From Candidatus Bathyarchaeia archaeon (GTDB lineage: Archaea > Thermoproteota > Bathyarchaeia > Bathyarchaeales > Bathycorpusculaceae): a DNA stretch of 64,000 nucleotides. The translations under genes and the position numbers were made by a program. The stretch is taken from NCBI GenBank assembly GCA_038882975.1, contig JAVZNE010000001.1, forward strand, positions 128,001 to 192,000, read 5' to 3'. Below, piece after piece: positions 49,058 through 58,087 of the stretch. Position 1 is the first letter of the stretch. Each line of letters begins with the position of its first letter. The notes beneath the pieces were generated by a model. It did no database searches. It was not told where the DNA came from and was given only the letters and a program-made list of their open reading frames with translations.

Positions 49058-50842
49058 ATGAAAATGTTAAACTCTGTGGAGCTTTCCGCAAGAGAGTTGG
49101 GAATGCTTAAGCTGATGGTGGACTTCTTCGCTGAAAAACCTGAGCTGACCGCAAAAATAGAAAGCTACACAACAGCCCACTATGCCCTTCTAACAACGTA
49201 CTCAGAAAACTTTGGAATACCAATCGAAGACTCCCTGAAAGTTTTCGAGGAGCTCCAAAAGAAAATCACGGAAGCTGAATATGTCCATGTTAAGGCACCA
49301 GAGCCCATAAGGAAGCTTCTACCCTTGACTACTGAGGAGTTGAACATGCTGCGAATTCTTGTGGACTATTTCTCTGAAAATCCAAAAATGGCGTCTGCGG
49401 GTTCGATGTTTTCAAGGAAGGAAGACGCCGTTGCCGAAACCTACATGTGGTTTTATGGAAGTAAGGAAGGAAACGGCGAAGTGGCAAGACAAATTCTAAC
49501 AAATCTCGTCGAGAAGCTTCAAACAGCTGTATTTGTAAAAATAGATACTTTGGCGCCCTTAGCTGTTACGCCAAACCCTTACGAAGCCGCCCTTAAGCAG
49601 TTGGACATCGCAGCTGAAAAACTGAAACTTGACCCTGGCATTCATGAAATTTTGAAGCGCCCCATGCGCACCTTAATAGTTAATATTCCAGTGGTTATGG
49701 ATGATGGGAGCATTCAAGTTTTTACGGGTTACCGTGTACAATATAACGATGCATTAGGTCCAACTAAGGGCGGCATAAGATACCACCCAGAGCTAACACT
49801 AAATGAAGTCACGGCACTGGCGGCATGGATGACGTGGAAAACGGCAGTTGTAGGGCTGCCACTAGGAGGAGCCAAAGGCGGAATCAGATGCAATCCCAAA
49901 GAAATGTCCAAAGCTGAATTGGAGCGCCTAACAAGGGGATATGTGCGGGCTATTGCGAAATTTATAGGTCCAAACATTGATGTGCCGGCGCCGGACGTTT
50001 ACACAGACGCCCAAACAATGGCTTGGATAATGGATGAATACAGCGAAATCGTTGGATACCCAGCCTTCGGGGTTGTAACAGGCAAACCTGTAGGCGTTGG
50101 TGGTTCCCGTGGAAGGAGCGAAGCAACTTCAAGAGGCTTAATGTACACGGTGATAGAGGCAGCCAAATACTTAGGGATAAACCTCAAGGGTGCAACTGTA
50201 GCTGTGCAAGGCTATGGAAATGTTGGATACCATGCGGCACGCCTACTGCATGAGGTTGGATGCAAAATCATAGCAGTTTCAGACTCAAAAGGCGGAATAT
50301 ACAACCTCAACGGGCTAGACCCAGAAAAAGTGTTGGAACACAAAAACAGAACAGGCTCGGTGGTTGACTACCCCGAAAGCACATTCATAACAAACGAACA
50401 ACTGTTGGAGCTAGAATGTGACATTCTTGTGCCCGCTGCATTAGAGAACCAGATAACAAAAGCAAACGCCAACAACATAAAAGCAAAAATAATAGCCGAG
50501 GGAGCCAACGGACCCACAACCCCAGAAGCCGACGAAATTCTATTCAAAAAAGGAGTATTTGTAATACCGGACATTCTGGCGAATTCTGGCGGCGTTATTG
50601 TAAGCTACTTTGAACAAGTGCAGAACCAGATGAACTATTATTGGACCGAGGAGGAAGTGCGGAACAAACTGAAAGAAACAATAACTAAGGCTTTCTACGA
50701 TGTCTTAGAACTTTCCAAACAGTATAATGTGAATATGCGCGTAGCCGCCTACATGTTGGCTGTCAAAAGAGTTGCCGACGCCCTCACGGCAAGAAAGGGA
50801 ACAAGACTCGCACCCATTGAATCTTTGCTAGCACGCAGATAG
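49058..50842 (+). CDS. Glutamate dehydrogenase with ~170-aa duplicated N-terminal extension
   Basis: Full GDH core from [10 protein letters not shown] ([20 protein letters not shown]); extension of two ~80-aa repeats. Confidence 0.9.
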   Translation: MKMLNSVELSARELGMLKLMVDFFAEKPELTAKIESYTTAHYALLTTYSENFGIPIEDSLKVFEELQKKITEAEYVHVKAPEPIRKLLPLTTEELNMLRILVDYFSENPKMASAGSMFSRKEDAVAETYMWFYGSKEGNGEVARQILTNLVEKLQTAVFVKIDTLAPLAVTPNPYEAALKQLDIAAEKLKLDPGIHEILKRPMRTLIVNIPVVMDDGSIQVFTGYRVQYNDALGPTKGGIRYHPELTLNEVTALAAWMTWKTAVVGLPLGGAKGGIRCNPKEMSKAELERLTRGYVRAIAKFIGPNIDVPAPDVYTDAQTMAWIMDEYSEIVGYPAFGVVTGKPVGVGGSRGRSEATSRGLMYTVIEAAKYLGINLKGATVAVQGYGNVGYHAARLLHEVGCKIIAVSDSKGGIYNLNGLDPEKVLEHKNRTGSVVDYPESTFITNEQLLELECDILVPAALENQITKANANNIKAKIIAEGANGPTTPEADEILFKKGVFVIPDILANSGGVIVSYFEQVQNQMNYYWTEEEVRNKLKETITKAFYDVLELSKQYNVNMRVAAYMLAVKRVADALTARKGTRLAPIESLLARR

Positions 50843-50860
50843 CTCCCTCCTTTTTCTATG

Positions 50861-50894
50861 TGTTCACATGTACATTTTCAGAAAACGTGAACAT
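50861..50894. promoter_or_regulatory. Three TGWACA boxes upstream of the putative regulator
   Basis: TGTTCA 50861, TGTACAT 50869, TGAACAT 50888. Confidence 0.65.
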
Positions 50895-50939
50895 GTTTAA
50901 AAGCAGCCTTTAAAATAAGTAAACACGACGTGAAGCCTT

Positions 50940-52895
50940 ATGTCTGTTCACCTCCACACAACAATAACAAAAAAGGCAAATGACATACTTGAAGAATTGG
51001 CAAAGACTTATGGCACAAAAAGCCGCGTCCTCGAAAAAGCCCTAGAAACCCTGCTTAGAGTGGATAAAGTTGGCTCATGTGACGACTGCGCCATAAAGGC
51101 TAAAGTAAACGAGCAAACCAAGCTAAGAGAAGCCCTTGACCTAGCCTCAATAAGCAGAAGAAACCTAGACAGCCTTCTAGAAATAGCCATAGGAAATAAA
51201 ACAATTGAGGATTTTATAAAGGAACAAAAAGCAGAAGCAAAAAACACCATAGAAATCCTCAAAAGCTCCATCAGCTGGAAGCCCCCATCAAACTTTAAAG
51301 AATTCCTTATAGTCCTGGAGGAAATTAGAAATCTCACAAACATGTATGAAATACCATCCTACAGCGAAATCGACAATATAGCAATTTTAAGACCAAAAGT
51401 TTTCAAGCGTTTGCCGATAATAGTCGCCTTTCATGTTGCCACAATATTGGAAGGAATAGGGGTCTACTTCGATGTCCGCGTCATGGGCGAGGACATAGCC
51501 ATAAAAATGGTGAGGCCAGAAGTTTACCCCTTAAGGAAGAAAGAATTCGGAGAATTCCTCGAAGAACGAATTGAAAAGGAATTAGCAAATGTTACTCCAG
51601 GATTTTTCAAAAACACTCTTATGCTTGTTGGACCAGCCTTCATGAGCTGGGCAGAAAAACATCTAGAAGAGCCAATATCAGATTTGGGCAATCTTTTAGA
51701 GGATGCCAGAACCGTTTTAGGAGTAGACGAGTTTCCAAAGGAGCCAAGGGATTTTGTAAAGGCCCTATTATCCGCGTTTGTAAAAATGAACTGGTTTAGA
51801 CAGGCAAAGGTTTTAATTGAGAAGGATGAAAACGTCTTGGAGCTTGTTTTCCAAGCTGCATCAGCTTCAATAACGCGAATGTCTGTTGCAGCCTTATCAG
51901 TTATGTTAGCGACTCGAGGGTGGAAAACGCTAAACTATTCAACAGAACACGCAACAGTCAACATGACAATTCAATATGTGGGTGCGGAAGACCAAAGTCT
52001 TCAAGATCAGCTGGCCGAGTTAAGCCTTTTCCAAGTTATAGGCAAACAATTTTTGGATGTTATTCCTGTCCCACGCGACCTTTTCAACTCTTTCGCTTTA
52101 AAAGTCTATGAAAGTGACAAGCGAAAATTTGAGGAGATATATCGTGCAACTGGGACACGCATATCTAATGCTATCCGCATGTTAGCAAGAAATGACCCTG
52201 AAAAAATTAGAAGACTTGCAAAAAACTTCATCCTTAAAAATATTAATGTAACCCAGCCAGATGCTGAGGTTCGCTTCGTGGATGATGAGCACTTTACCAT
52301 AATTTTCAAGCGTATAGACCCTCTCGTAATGAACAGCCAAAGAGTTCTAATAGAATCCATGTTCAAAGAATTGGGTTACGAGGTAACGACAACAGCTTTC
52401 CAAAATCTCTTAAGCTTCAAACTAAAACTTTTGGAAAAGCCGATACTTGCGCCGCTGCCACGGAAAAAACTAATGCAAACATTAATTGAAGGTATGTCAT
52501 GCAACTCTGTAGAGGAGGCATTTGCCATAGAAAAAGAGCAGCTTGATGAACTATTTCCAGAGGACTACCCATGGACAATAAGGGAAGTTGGCGAAAGAAT
52601 CACAGATATGTACAGAGAACTCGGAGTAGAAATTGAAATAGAATATTTTGAGGGGGGTTTCACCCTCAAATACAAAAGCTGCCCATATTACAAACTTGTA
52701 AAAACGGGACAAAAAACGTGGCTTTGCAGCCTCCGCAAAAAAACAATCGAATATATAATCTCACGGGTAAGCCACGGGAAAAAGGGCAAGATAAAAATCA
52801 TAAAGTCCCTACTACAAAACGAGCATCCATGTGAATACGCAATATTTTTAACAGGATTTCTTGAAAGGGAAGAGAAAGCCGAAGCCCAAGAATAG
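50940..52895 (+). CDS. Putative regulator: N-terminal ribbon-helix-helix-like + repeated V4R/MetOD1-like domains
   Basis: VHLHTTITKKANDILEELAKTYGTKSRVLEKAL; CDDC; C-term FTLKYKSCPY..WLC..KSLLQNEHPCEY. Confidence 0.55.
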   Translation: MSVHLHTTITKKANDILEELAKTYGTKSRVLEKALETLLRVDKVGSCDDCAIKAKVNEQTKLREALDLASISRRNLDSLLEIAIGNKTIEDFIKEQKAEAKNTIEILKSSISWKPPSNFKEFLIVLEEIRNLTNMYEIPSYSEIDNIAILRPKVFKRLPIIVAFHVATILEGIGVYFDVRVMGEDIAIKMVRPEVYPLRKKEFGEFLEERIEKELANVTPGFFKNTLMLVGPAFMSWAEKHLEEPISDLGNLLEDARTVLGVDEFPKEPRDFVKALLSAFVKMNWFRQAKVLIEKDENVLELVFQAASASITRMSVAALSVMLATRGWKTLNYSTEHATVNMTIQYVGAEDQSLQDQLAELSLFQVIGKQFLDVIPVPRDLFNSFALKVYESDKRKFEEIYRATGTRISNAIRMLARNDPEKIRRLAKNFILKNINVTQPDAEVRFVDDEHFTIIFKRIDPLVMNSQRVLIESMFKELGYEVTTTAFQNLLSFKLKLLEKPILAPLPRKKLMQTLIEGMSCNSVEEAFAIEKEQLDELFPEDYPWTIREVGERITDMYRELGVEIEIEYFEGGFTLKYKSCPYYKLVKTGQKTWLCSLRKKTIEYIISRVSHGKKGKIKIIKSLLQNEHPCEYAIFLTGFLEREEKAEAQE

Positions 52896-52965
52896 CCTTT
52901 TTAGAAAGCTAAACAAGTATTTATTAACTGTTCCTTTATTATGAAAAGGGTAGGAGGCTTTCCAA

Positions 52966-53943
52966 TTGAGTTTTGAGATGTGGGCTGAAAAGTACAGACC
53001 AAAAACATTGGACGAGATGGTGAACCAGAAGGAGATAGTGGAACGCCTTAAAAGCTTCGTTAAAGCCAAAAACGTGCCCCACTGCATTTTCGCCGGACCG
53101 CCCGGCACTGGTAAGACTACGGCGGCTCTTTGTTTGGCAAGAGACCTTTACGGCGAATCCTACCGCGAATATATTATGGAGTTGAACGCCAGCGACGAGA
53201 GGGGCATAGATGTTGTACGGGAAACCGTTAAAACCTTTGCGAGAGTGCGCTCCATCGGTGAGGTTCCATTTAAGATAATGATTTTGGATGAGGCGGATAA
53301 CATGACTGCAGATGCTCAGCAAGCTTTGAGGCGGACTATGGAGCGCTATACGGAAACATGCCGATTCATATTGTGCGCCAATTATAGCGGGAAAATAATA
53401 GAGCCCATACAGTCGCGTTGTGCACCCTTCCGCTTTACATACTTGCCACGCGAGGAACATGATAAGTATTTGCGGTACATAGCAGAAAACGAGGGCGTAA
53501 AACTTCTAAATGATGGGCTGGACGCCATCTACGAGGTTTGTGGCGGAGACCTACGAAGGGCAATAAACACTTTGCAAGCAGCCGCTTCGCTTGGCAAACC
53601 TATAGACGCAAAAATTGTTTATTCAATTGCTGGAAGAGCCAACCCAGCAGACGTGCAGAAAATGATTGAAACAGCCATGAGGGGCGACTTCCTTGAGGCG
53701 CGAAAACAGCTCCGAGAAATGATTCAGAAATATGGAGTGGCTGGAAGCGACATAATCCGCCAAATCCACACAGAAATTTTCAGGGCAGACATTCCAGAAC
53801 CATGGAAAATAAAATTGGCAGACATTGTTGGAGAAATCGATTATAGGCTTGTTGAGGGCGCGGATGAAGAGGTCCAATTAAGCGCACTGCTAGCCAGACT
53901 CGTGGAGGCAGCCTATGAAATTAGGGGCTCAAGAAAGGTGTAA
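52966..53943 (+). CDS. rfcS: Replication factor C small subunit
   Basis: WAEKYRP, GPPGTGKT, LNASDERG, QSRC. Confidence 0.97.
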   Translation: MSFEMWAEKYRPKTLDEMVNQKEIVERLKSFVKAKNVPHCIFAGPPGTGKTTAALCLARDLYGESYREYIMELNASDERGIDVVRETVKTFARVRSIGEVPFKIMILDEADNMTADAQQALRRTMERYTETCRFILCANYSGKIIEPIQSRCAPFRFTYLPREEHDKYLRYIAENEGVKLLNDGLDAIYEVCGGDLRRAINTLQAAASLGKPIDAKIVYSIAGRANPADVQKMIETAMRGDFLEARKQLREMIQKYGVAGSDIIRQIHTEIFRADIPEPWKIKLADIVGEIDYRLVEGADEEVQLSALLARLVEAAYEIRGSRKV

Positions 53944-53946
53944 AAT

Positions 53947-55215
53947 GTGTATCAGCCTTGGACCGTTAAGTATAAGCCAAAAAGCTTGAGAGAGGTTGTT
54001 GGAAATCGGGAAGCCATACAAAAGTTTGTTGAATGGGTAAAATCATGGGATAAGGGAATCCCGAAAAAGAGGGCAGCCTTCCTTTATGGTCCGCCAGGTG
54101 TTGGGAAAACTGTTACTGTGGAGGCTTTGGCAAACGATTTTAGAATGGAGTTGGTGGAGAAAAATGCCAGCGACTATAGAACAGAAGAGGCCGTTAAACG
54201 CTTTGCTGGACTTGCATCCCAATATGGCTCATTATTCGGCACGAGAAGGATAATACTATTCGATGAGTTGGACGGTTTAACTGGAACAGCGGACAAGGGC
54301 GGAGTTAAAGCCATAACAGACATAATAAAAACGGCTCAATGTCCAATAGTGCTTATCGCCAACAACGCTTTTGACCCACGGTTTACTAACCTACGCAACT
54401 ACTGCCTCCTAATAGAGTTTAAAAAGCCCCCAACAACCGAAGTTCAAAAACATTTGAAGGCTATATGCCAAAAAGAAGGTATAGACGCGGAGGAAAACGC
54501 CTTAAAGTTTATAGCTCAACGCTCAGAGGGCGACATCCGCTCCGCTGTAACAGACCTCCAAGCTTTGGCGCAGGGCAAGAAACGTCTAAAATATGAGGAT
54601 GTTGCGTGGCTGGGCTTCAGAGACCGTCAAGAGACAATATTCACAGTTTTGAGAATGATTTTGTATGGAAAAACATGCGAAGGAGCTAAACGCGCAGTGA
54701 ACATGGCGGACGTGGACATCGACATGCTCTTTGAATGGATATACGAGAATGTTCCAGCCCATCTAACAGACCCCCACGACTTGGCAACCGCTATGGATGC
54801 CCTTTCAATGGCTGACGTTTACCGTGGAAGAATAAGAAGCACACAAGACTGGAGTTTCATACGCTACGTAATCGACTTCATGACAGCCGGTGTAGCCATG
54901 GCAAGAGTAAACACAAAAACTTCCGGTTGGACTCCATTTCGTTTCCCAGAACGGATACAAGCATTATCTAGGTCTAAGGAGGAACGGGCAATGCAGTTAG
55001 AGATAGGCAGAAAAATTAAGCGCAGATGCCACATATCAGCCATAAGAGCCTTGAAAGAAGTTTTGCCATATCTGCGGATAATCTTTAAAAACAGTGTGGA
55101 GATGGCTGCTGGAATCGCAATGTGGCTTGACCTAAACCGGGAGATGGTTGAGTATTTAGCTGAAAGCAAGGAAAAGGCTGAAGCAATAAACAAGTTTCTG
55201 AGTCAACGCACTTAG
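53947..55215 (+). CDS. rfcL: Replication factor C large subunit
   Basis: WTVKYKP, GPPGVGKT, NASDYR, WIYEN. Confidence 0.95.
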   Translation: MYQPWTVKYKPKSLREVVGNREAIQKFVEWVKSWDKGIPKKRAAFLYGPPGVGKTVTVEALANDFRMELVEKNASDYRTEEAVKRFAGLASQYGSLFGTRRIILFDELDGLTGTADKGGVKAITDIIKTAQCPIVLIANNAFDPRFTNLRNYCLLIEFKKPPTTEVQKHLKAICQKEGIDAEENALKFIAQRSEGDIRSAVTDLQALAQGKKRLKYEDVAWLGFRDRQETIFTVLRMILYGKTCEGAKRAVNMADVDIDMLFEWIYENVPAHLTDPHDLATAMDALSMADVYRGRIRSTQDWSFIRYVIDFMTAGVAMARVNTKTSGWTPFRFPERIQALSRSKEERAMQLEIGRKIKRRCHISAIRALKEVLPYLRIIFKNSVEMAAGIAMWLDLNREMVEYLAESKEKAEAINKFLSQRT

Positions 55216-55550
55216 TGGATTTTGCTTCCCTCAGCGATGTCCTTCTCTGGTTGCAAGGCTACCACGTTGCCCTTATCGTCCTCAGCCGCCAAAATCATGC
55301 ATTGAGATTCCACGCCCATGAACTTTCTCCGCTGCAGGTTTAGGATGAAAGCGTATTTCTTGCCCACAAGGTCGGATGGCTTATACCATTGGAGAAGACC
55401 AGCAACAGCTTGACGTTTTTCCGTACCAAAGTCCACAATCATCCTTATGAGGTTCCGTGAACCCGGAATTTGGTTTGCCTCCAAAACTTTTCCAACACGC
55501 ATGTCAAGTTTTTGAAACTCTTCAAATGTTATTTCCGTCATAGGCATCAC
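55212..55550 (-). CDS. tRNA-binding OB-fold protein (Trbp111/CsaA/MetRS C-terminal-like)
   Basis: ITFEEFQKLDMRVG, GVESQCMILAA. Confidence 0.9.
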   Translation of the reverse strand: MMPMTEITFEEFQKLDMRVGKVLEANQIPGSRNLIRMIVDFGTEKRQAVAGLLQWYKPSDLVGKKYAFILNLQRRKFMGVESQCMILAAEDDKGNVVALQPEKDIAEGSKIH

Positions 55551-55573
55551 CTCAAATTCGTTTAAATCCCGTT

Positions 55574-56293
55574 TTAAGTTTTGCGCGAAGTCCTCCTCTT
55601 CTTTATCCTTTCAACGGTTTTTGCCACACCTTCCCATCCTTCGGCAGCCTTCGAATGGATTATTTCGAAGGCTTCCTTCGAAGTTAGTCCAGGCAATTCT
55701 TCGCCAACAGCCTTTCTAACCAAATAGGCCGCAGCATTTAAGACCTCGCCGTTTAGCCGTGAATCCATCAAATCCGCTAAGTGGCAAATTAAGGCCTCGA
55801 TGGTATGCGGTCTGATGGGGCCATATTCTCCGTGGTGGGCGGAAACCACATGTATAAGCTCCAGTGGGAAACCTCTTCGAACAAGTTCTGATATGACGAT
55901 GGACAAGTGGTCCATGTAGTCGGCCAAACCAGTTGTGCCATAACTCCCATTCTCGTTCACGGTGTAGGTTACTGGTTTGAAGATGTCGTGGAGCAGCATG
56001 CCAGCAACAACAAGGTCGCGGTTCACCTTCCCATGATAAACCTTCTCAACGGAATTGCACAAAGCCAAAGCCAGATTTGTTGCAGAGATAATGTGCTCTA
56101 TATAGCCGCCCGGATAACAGTGATGGTGAGACAAGCCGGCTGGCGCAACATCTAACGGTAAACCGGAATAGACCTTACCATCAACCTCAAAAACTGGATT
56201 CTCAAGAAGTTCAACAACCTTTTTACGAAGTTCTTTGTCGCGAATTTTCTCCGTTAAAGCCCTTATTTTTGGATGAAGCAAACTTTCACCCAT
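55574..56293 (-). CDS. HD-domain hydrolase (YhaM-like catalytic domain)
   Basis: PA..HHHCYPGG..EH, LLHDIFK, SAHHG, HLAD. Confidence 0.85.
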   Translation of the reverse strand: MGESLLHPKIRALTEKIRDKELRKKVVELLENPVFEVDGKVYSGLPLDVAPAGLSHHHCYPGGYIEHIISATNLALALCNSVEKVYHGKVNRDLVVAGMLLHDIFKPVTYTVNENGSYGTTGLADYMDHLSIVISELVRRGFPLELIHVVSAHHGEYGPIRPHTIEALICHLADLMDSRLNGEVLNAAAYLVRKAVGEELPGLTSKEAFEIIHSKAAEGWEGVAKTVERIKKRRTSRKT

Positions 56294-56337
56294 CCGCTGT
56301 CACTTAATGCCATTCACTATTTACATTTTCAAGGATA

Positions 56338-57027
56338 TTACACTTTACAACCAATTGGGCGTTTAGGGCGAATTTTGTTTCGCTCCGCAGTCGCTACATC
56401 ATGTGCCATTCTTAATGGTTCTGGAACACCACTGTAACACGTGCAGTGCCTAACAATTTCTATGGCTGTTTTAAGTGAAACCATGTGCCCAACACTAACA
56501 TAAAGAATCTTCCCAACCGAAGTCTTTAACGCAACCCCAACAATTTCGCCCTCATGCCAAAGATAAGCGAAATCTCTATCATTGAAAGGCTCAACTTCAC
56601 CGACAAGTCTGCTCTTTGCAACGCCTATCGTAGGTTTGCCTAAAACTACTCCTAGGTGGCTTGCAAAGCCGCATCGATATGGATGCGCATAACCTTGCCC
56701 ATCAACCAAGAAAACATCTGGCTGAATTTTCAACTTTCTAATGCACATAAGTGTGGGAGGTAACTCCCTAAATGAAAGAAGTGTTGGAACATACGGAAAC
56801 GTAACTTTACAAACGGCTGTTTGAGCCTCAACAAGGCCCAAACTATCATAGTCTAGAACGGCAACGGCGCTTGTAGCTAAGCTTCCAGCGTAGGCAACAT
56901 CTACGCCTGCCACATAGCGGATTTCTTTCGGCAGTCTATCCTCAAAAATAATATGCTTTGAAAGTTGAAGCTGCGTCTTGCGTGCCTTTTCAAAAGAAAA
57001 GTGGCACTTCAAATCGGATAAGCCCAT
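56338..57027 (-). CDS. nfi: Endonuclease V
   Basis: AGVDVAY, FPYVPTLLSFRE, VDGQGYAHP, PTIGVAK. Confidence 0.95.
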   Translation of the reverse strand: MGLSDLKCHFSFEKARKTQLQLSKHIIFEDRLPKEIRYVAGVDVAYAGSLATSAVAVLDYDSLGLVEAQTAVCKVTFPYVPTLLSFRELPPTLMCIRKLKIQPDVFLVDGQGYAHPYRCGFASHLGVVLGKPTIGVAKSRLVGEVEPFNDRDFAYLWHEGEIVGVALKTSVGKILYVSVGHMVSLKTAIEIVRHCTCYSGVPEPLRMAHDVATAERNKIRPKRPIGCKV

Positions 57028-57696
57028 TTATCTTCCTTTTTCAAGAGCCTCAAAACGTTTCTCCAGCTTTTCAAAACGCTTCATGTACTTTTCGAGGGAC
57101 TGCCTCCGCACCTCGTGGGTTACGTCGCCCCTCGTGGTTTCAATAATTTTCCTCGCAACATCGCATTTTCTTCGAAGCCCCGGAACCAGCATATAGGCTT
57201 CATCCATAGCCATAAGCTCCGTATAAATCTCATCCATCATTTTTAGGCATTGCTCGCTTTTCTTAGCGTCACCCTCCCGTAGAGCATCCAAGGCTAGGCG
57301 TCTATACTCGCCTATAACATCTGCAAGCCCGAGAACATAGTCTATGGAAGGCACATGAATCTCTGCTGGTGTTATAAAACGCTCCTCTTCGATCAGTGTG
57401 AGAAATATGTTTGCCTCAGCATACTCTTGAAGGGCAATATCATATAAGCCTCTGTGAATTATGTCTGGATGCTCTTTTGCAATTGCATTAAGCCTAGAAA
57501 TTATTTCCTTGGCTTTTTCAAGAAGCCGCCTTGCCTCTTTGAGCCTTTTCTGGTGGATAAAAAGAATTGTTTGCTTAGAGATGCTGGTCAACTTTCTCAT
57601 GTCAACTTGGGCTTTATCTCGAATATTTTCCTTGCCCTTAAGTTCTTTTCTAATTTGCTTTAAAACGGTTTTCAAAGAGACCATACGCTCTAACAC
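57028..57696 (-). CDS. Translin/TRAX family protein
   Basis: QEYAEA, YVLGLADVIGEYRR, LRRKCD. Confidence 0.88.
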   Translation of the reverse strand: MLERMVSLKTVLKQIRKELKGKENIRDKAQVDMRKLTSISKQTILFIHQKRLKEARRLLEKAKEIISRLNAIAKEHPDIIHRGLYDIALQEYAEANIFLTLIEEERFITPAEIHVPSIDYVLGLADVIGEYRRLALDALREGDAKKSEQCLKMMDEIYTELMAMDEAYMLVPGLRRKCDVARKIIETTRGDVTHEVRRQSLEKYMKRFEKLEKRFEALEKGR

Positions 57697-57793
57697 TTCT
57701 ATTTTAGCGTTCTTATAAATATAGGGAAACCACTATTTTATCGTTGCCAAAATAATTGGAAGGTGGCGGCAAATTTTGAGCATTTTTGAGATT

Positions 57794-57997
57794 CTAACTG
57801 CTTTGCGGCTGTTTTTCCTGTTCTTGCCAGCGCTCGATGAGTAATTTGTCGTCTCCGATCTTAAAGCTTACTTTTACAAATATGGAGTCTGAGCCTTTGA
57901 AGGGGAACATGCTGTCTTCAGCTAAGTCCTTTGGCAAGTATATCAGGAATTTGCCGTCCTTCCTTCTGAATAATCTGCCTTTTCCTTCATTAACCAT
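57794..57997 (-). CDS. Small AbrB-like (swapped-hairpin) protein
   Basis: KFLIYLPKDLAEDSMFPF; GAGGTG SD upstream of ATG at 57997. Confidence 0.6.
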   Translation of the reverse strand: MVNEGKGRLFRRKDGKFLIYLPKDLAEDSMFPFKGSDSIFVKVSFKIGDDKLLIERWQEQEKQPQSS

Positions 57998-58087
57998 GGG
58001 TTGCACCTCGATGAAAGCGATTTTGAACACCAATGAATAAAAAGCGAGTTATTTAACCTTTACTCCGTGCCATAAATACATAAAGCC

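Noticed and set aside
52939-53460. 173-aa antisense ORF and many similar 60-160 aa ORFs
   Set aside because: They are antisense or alternate-frame shadows of well-supported genes and have no motifs.
42374-55215. Inteins in MCM or RFC
   Set aside because: Lengths are canonical and the Walker A regions are uninterrupted.
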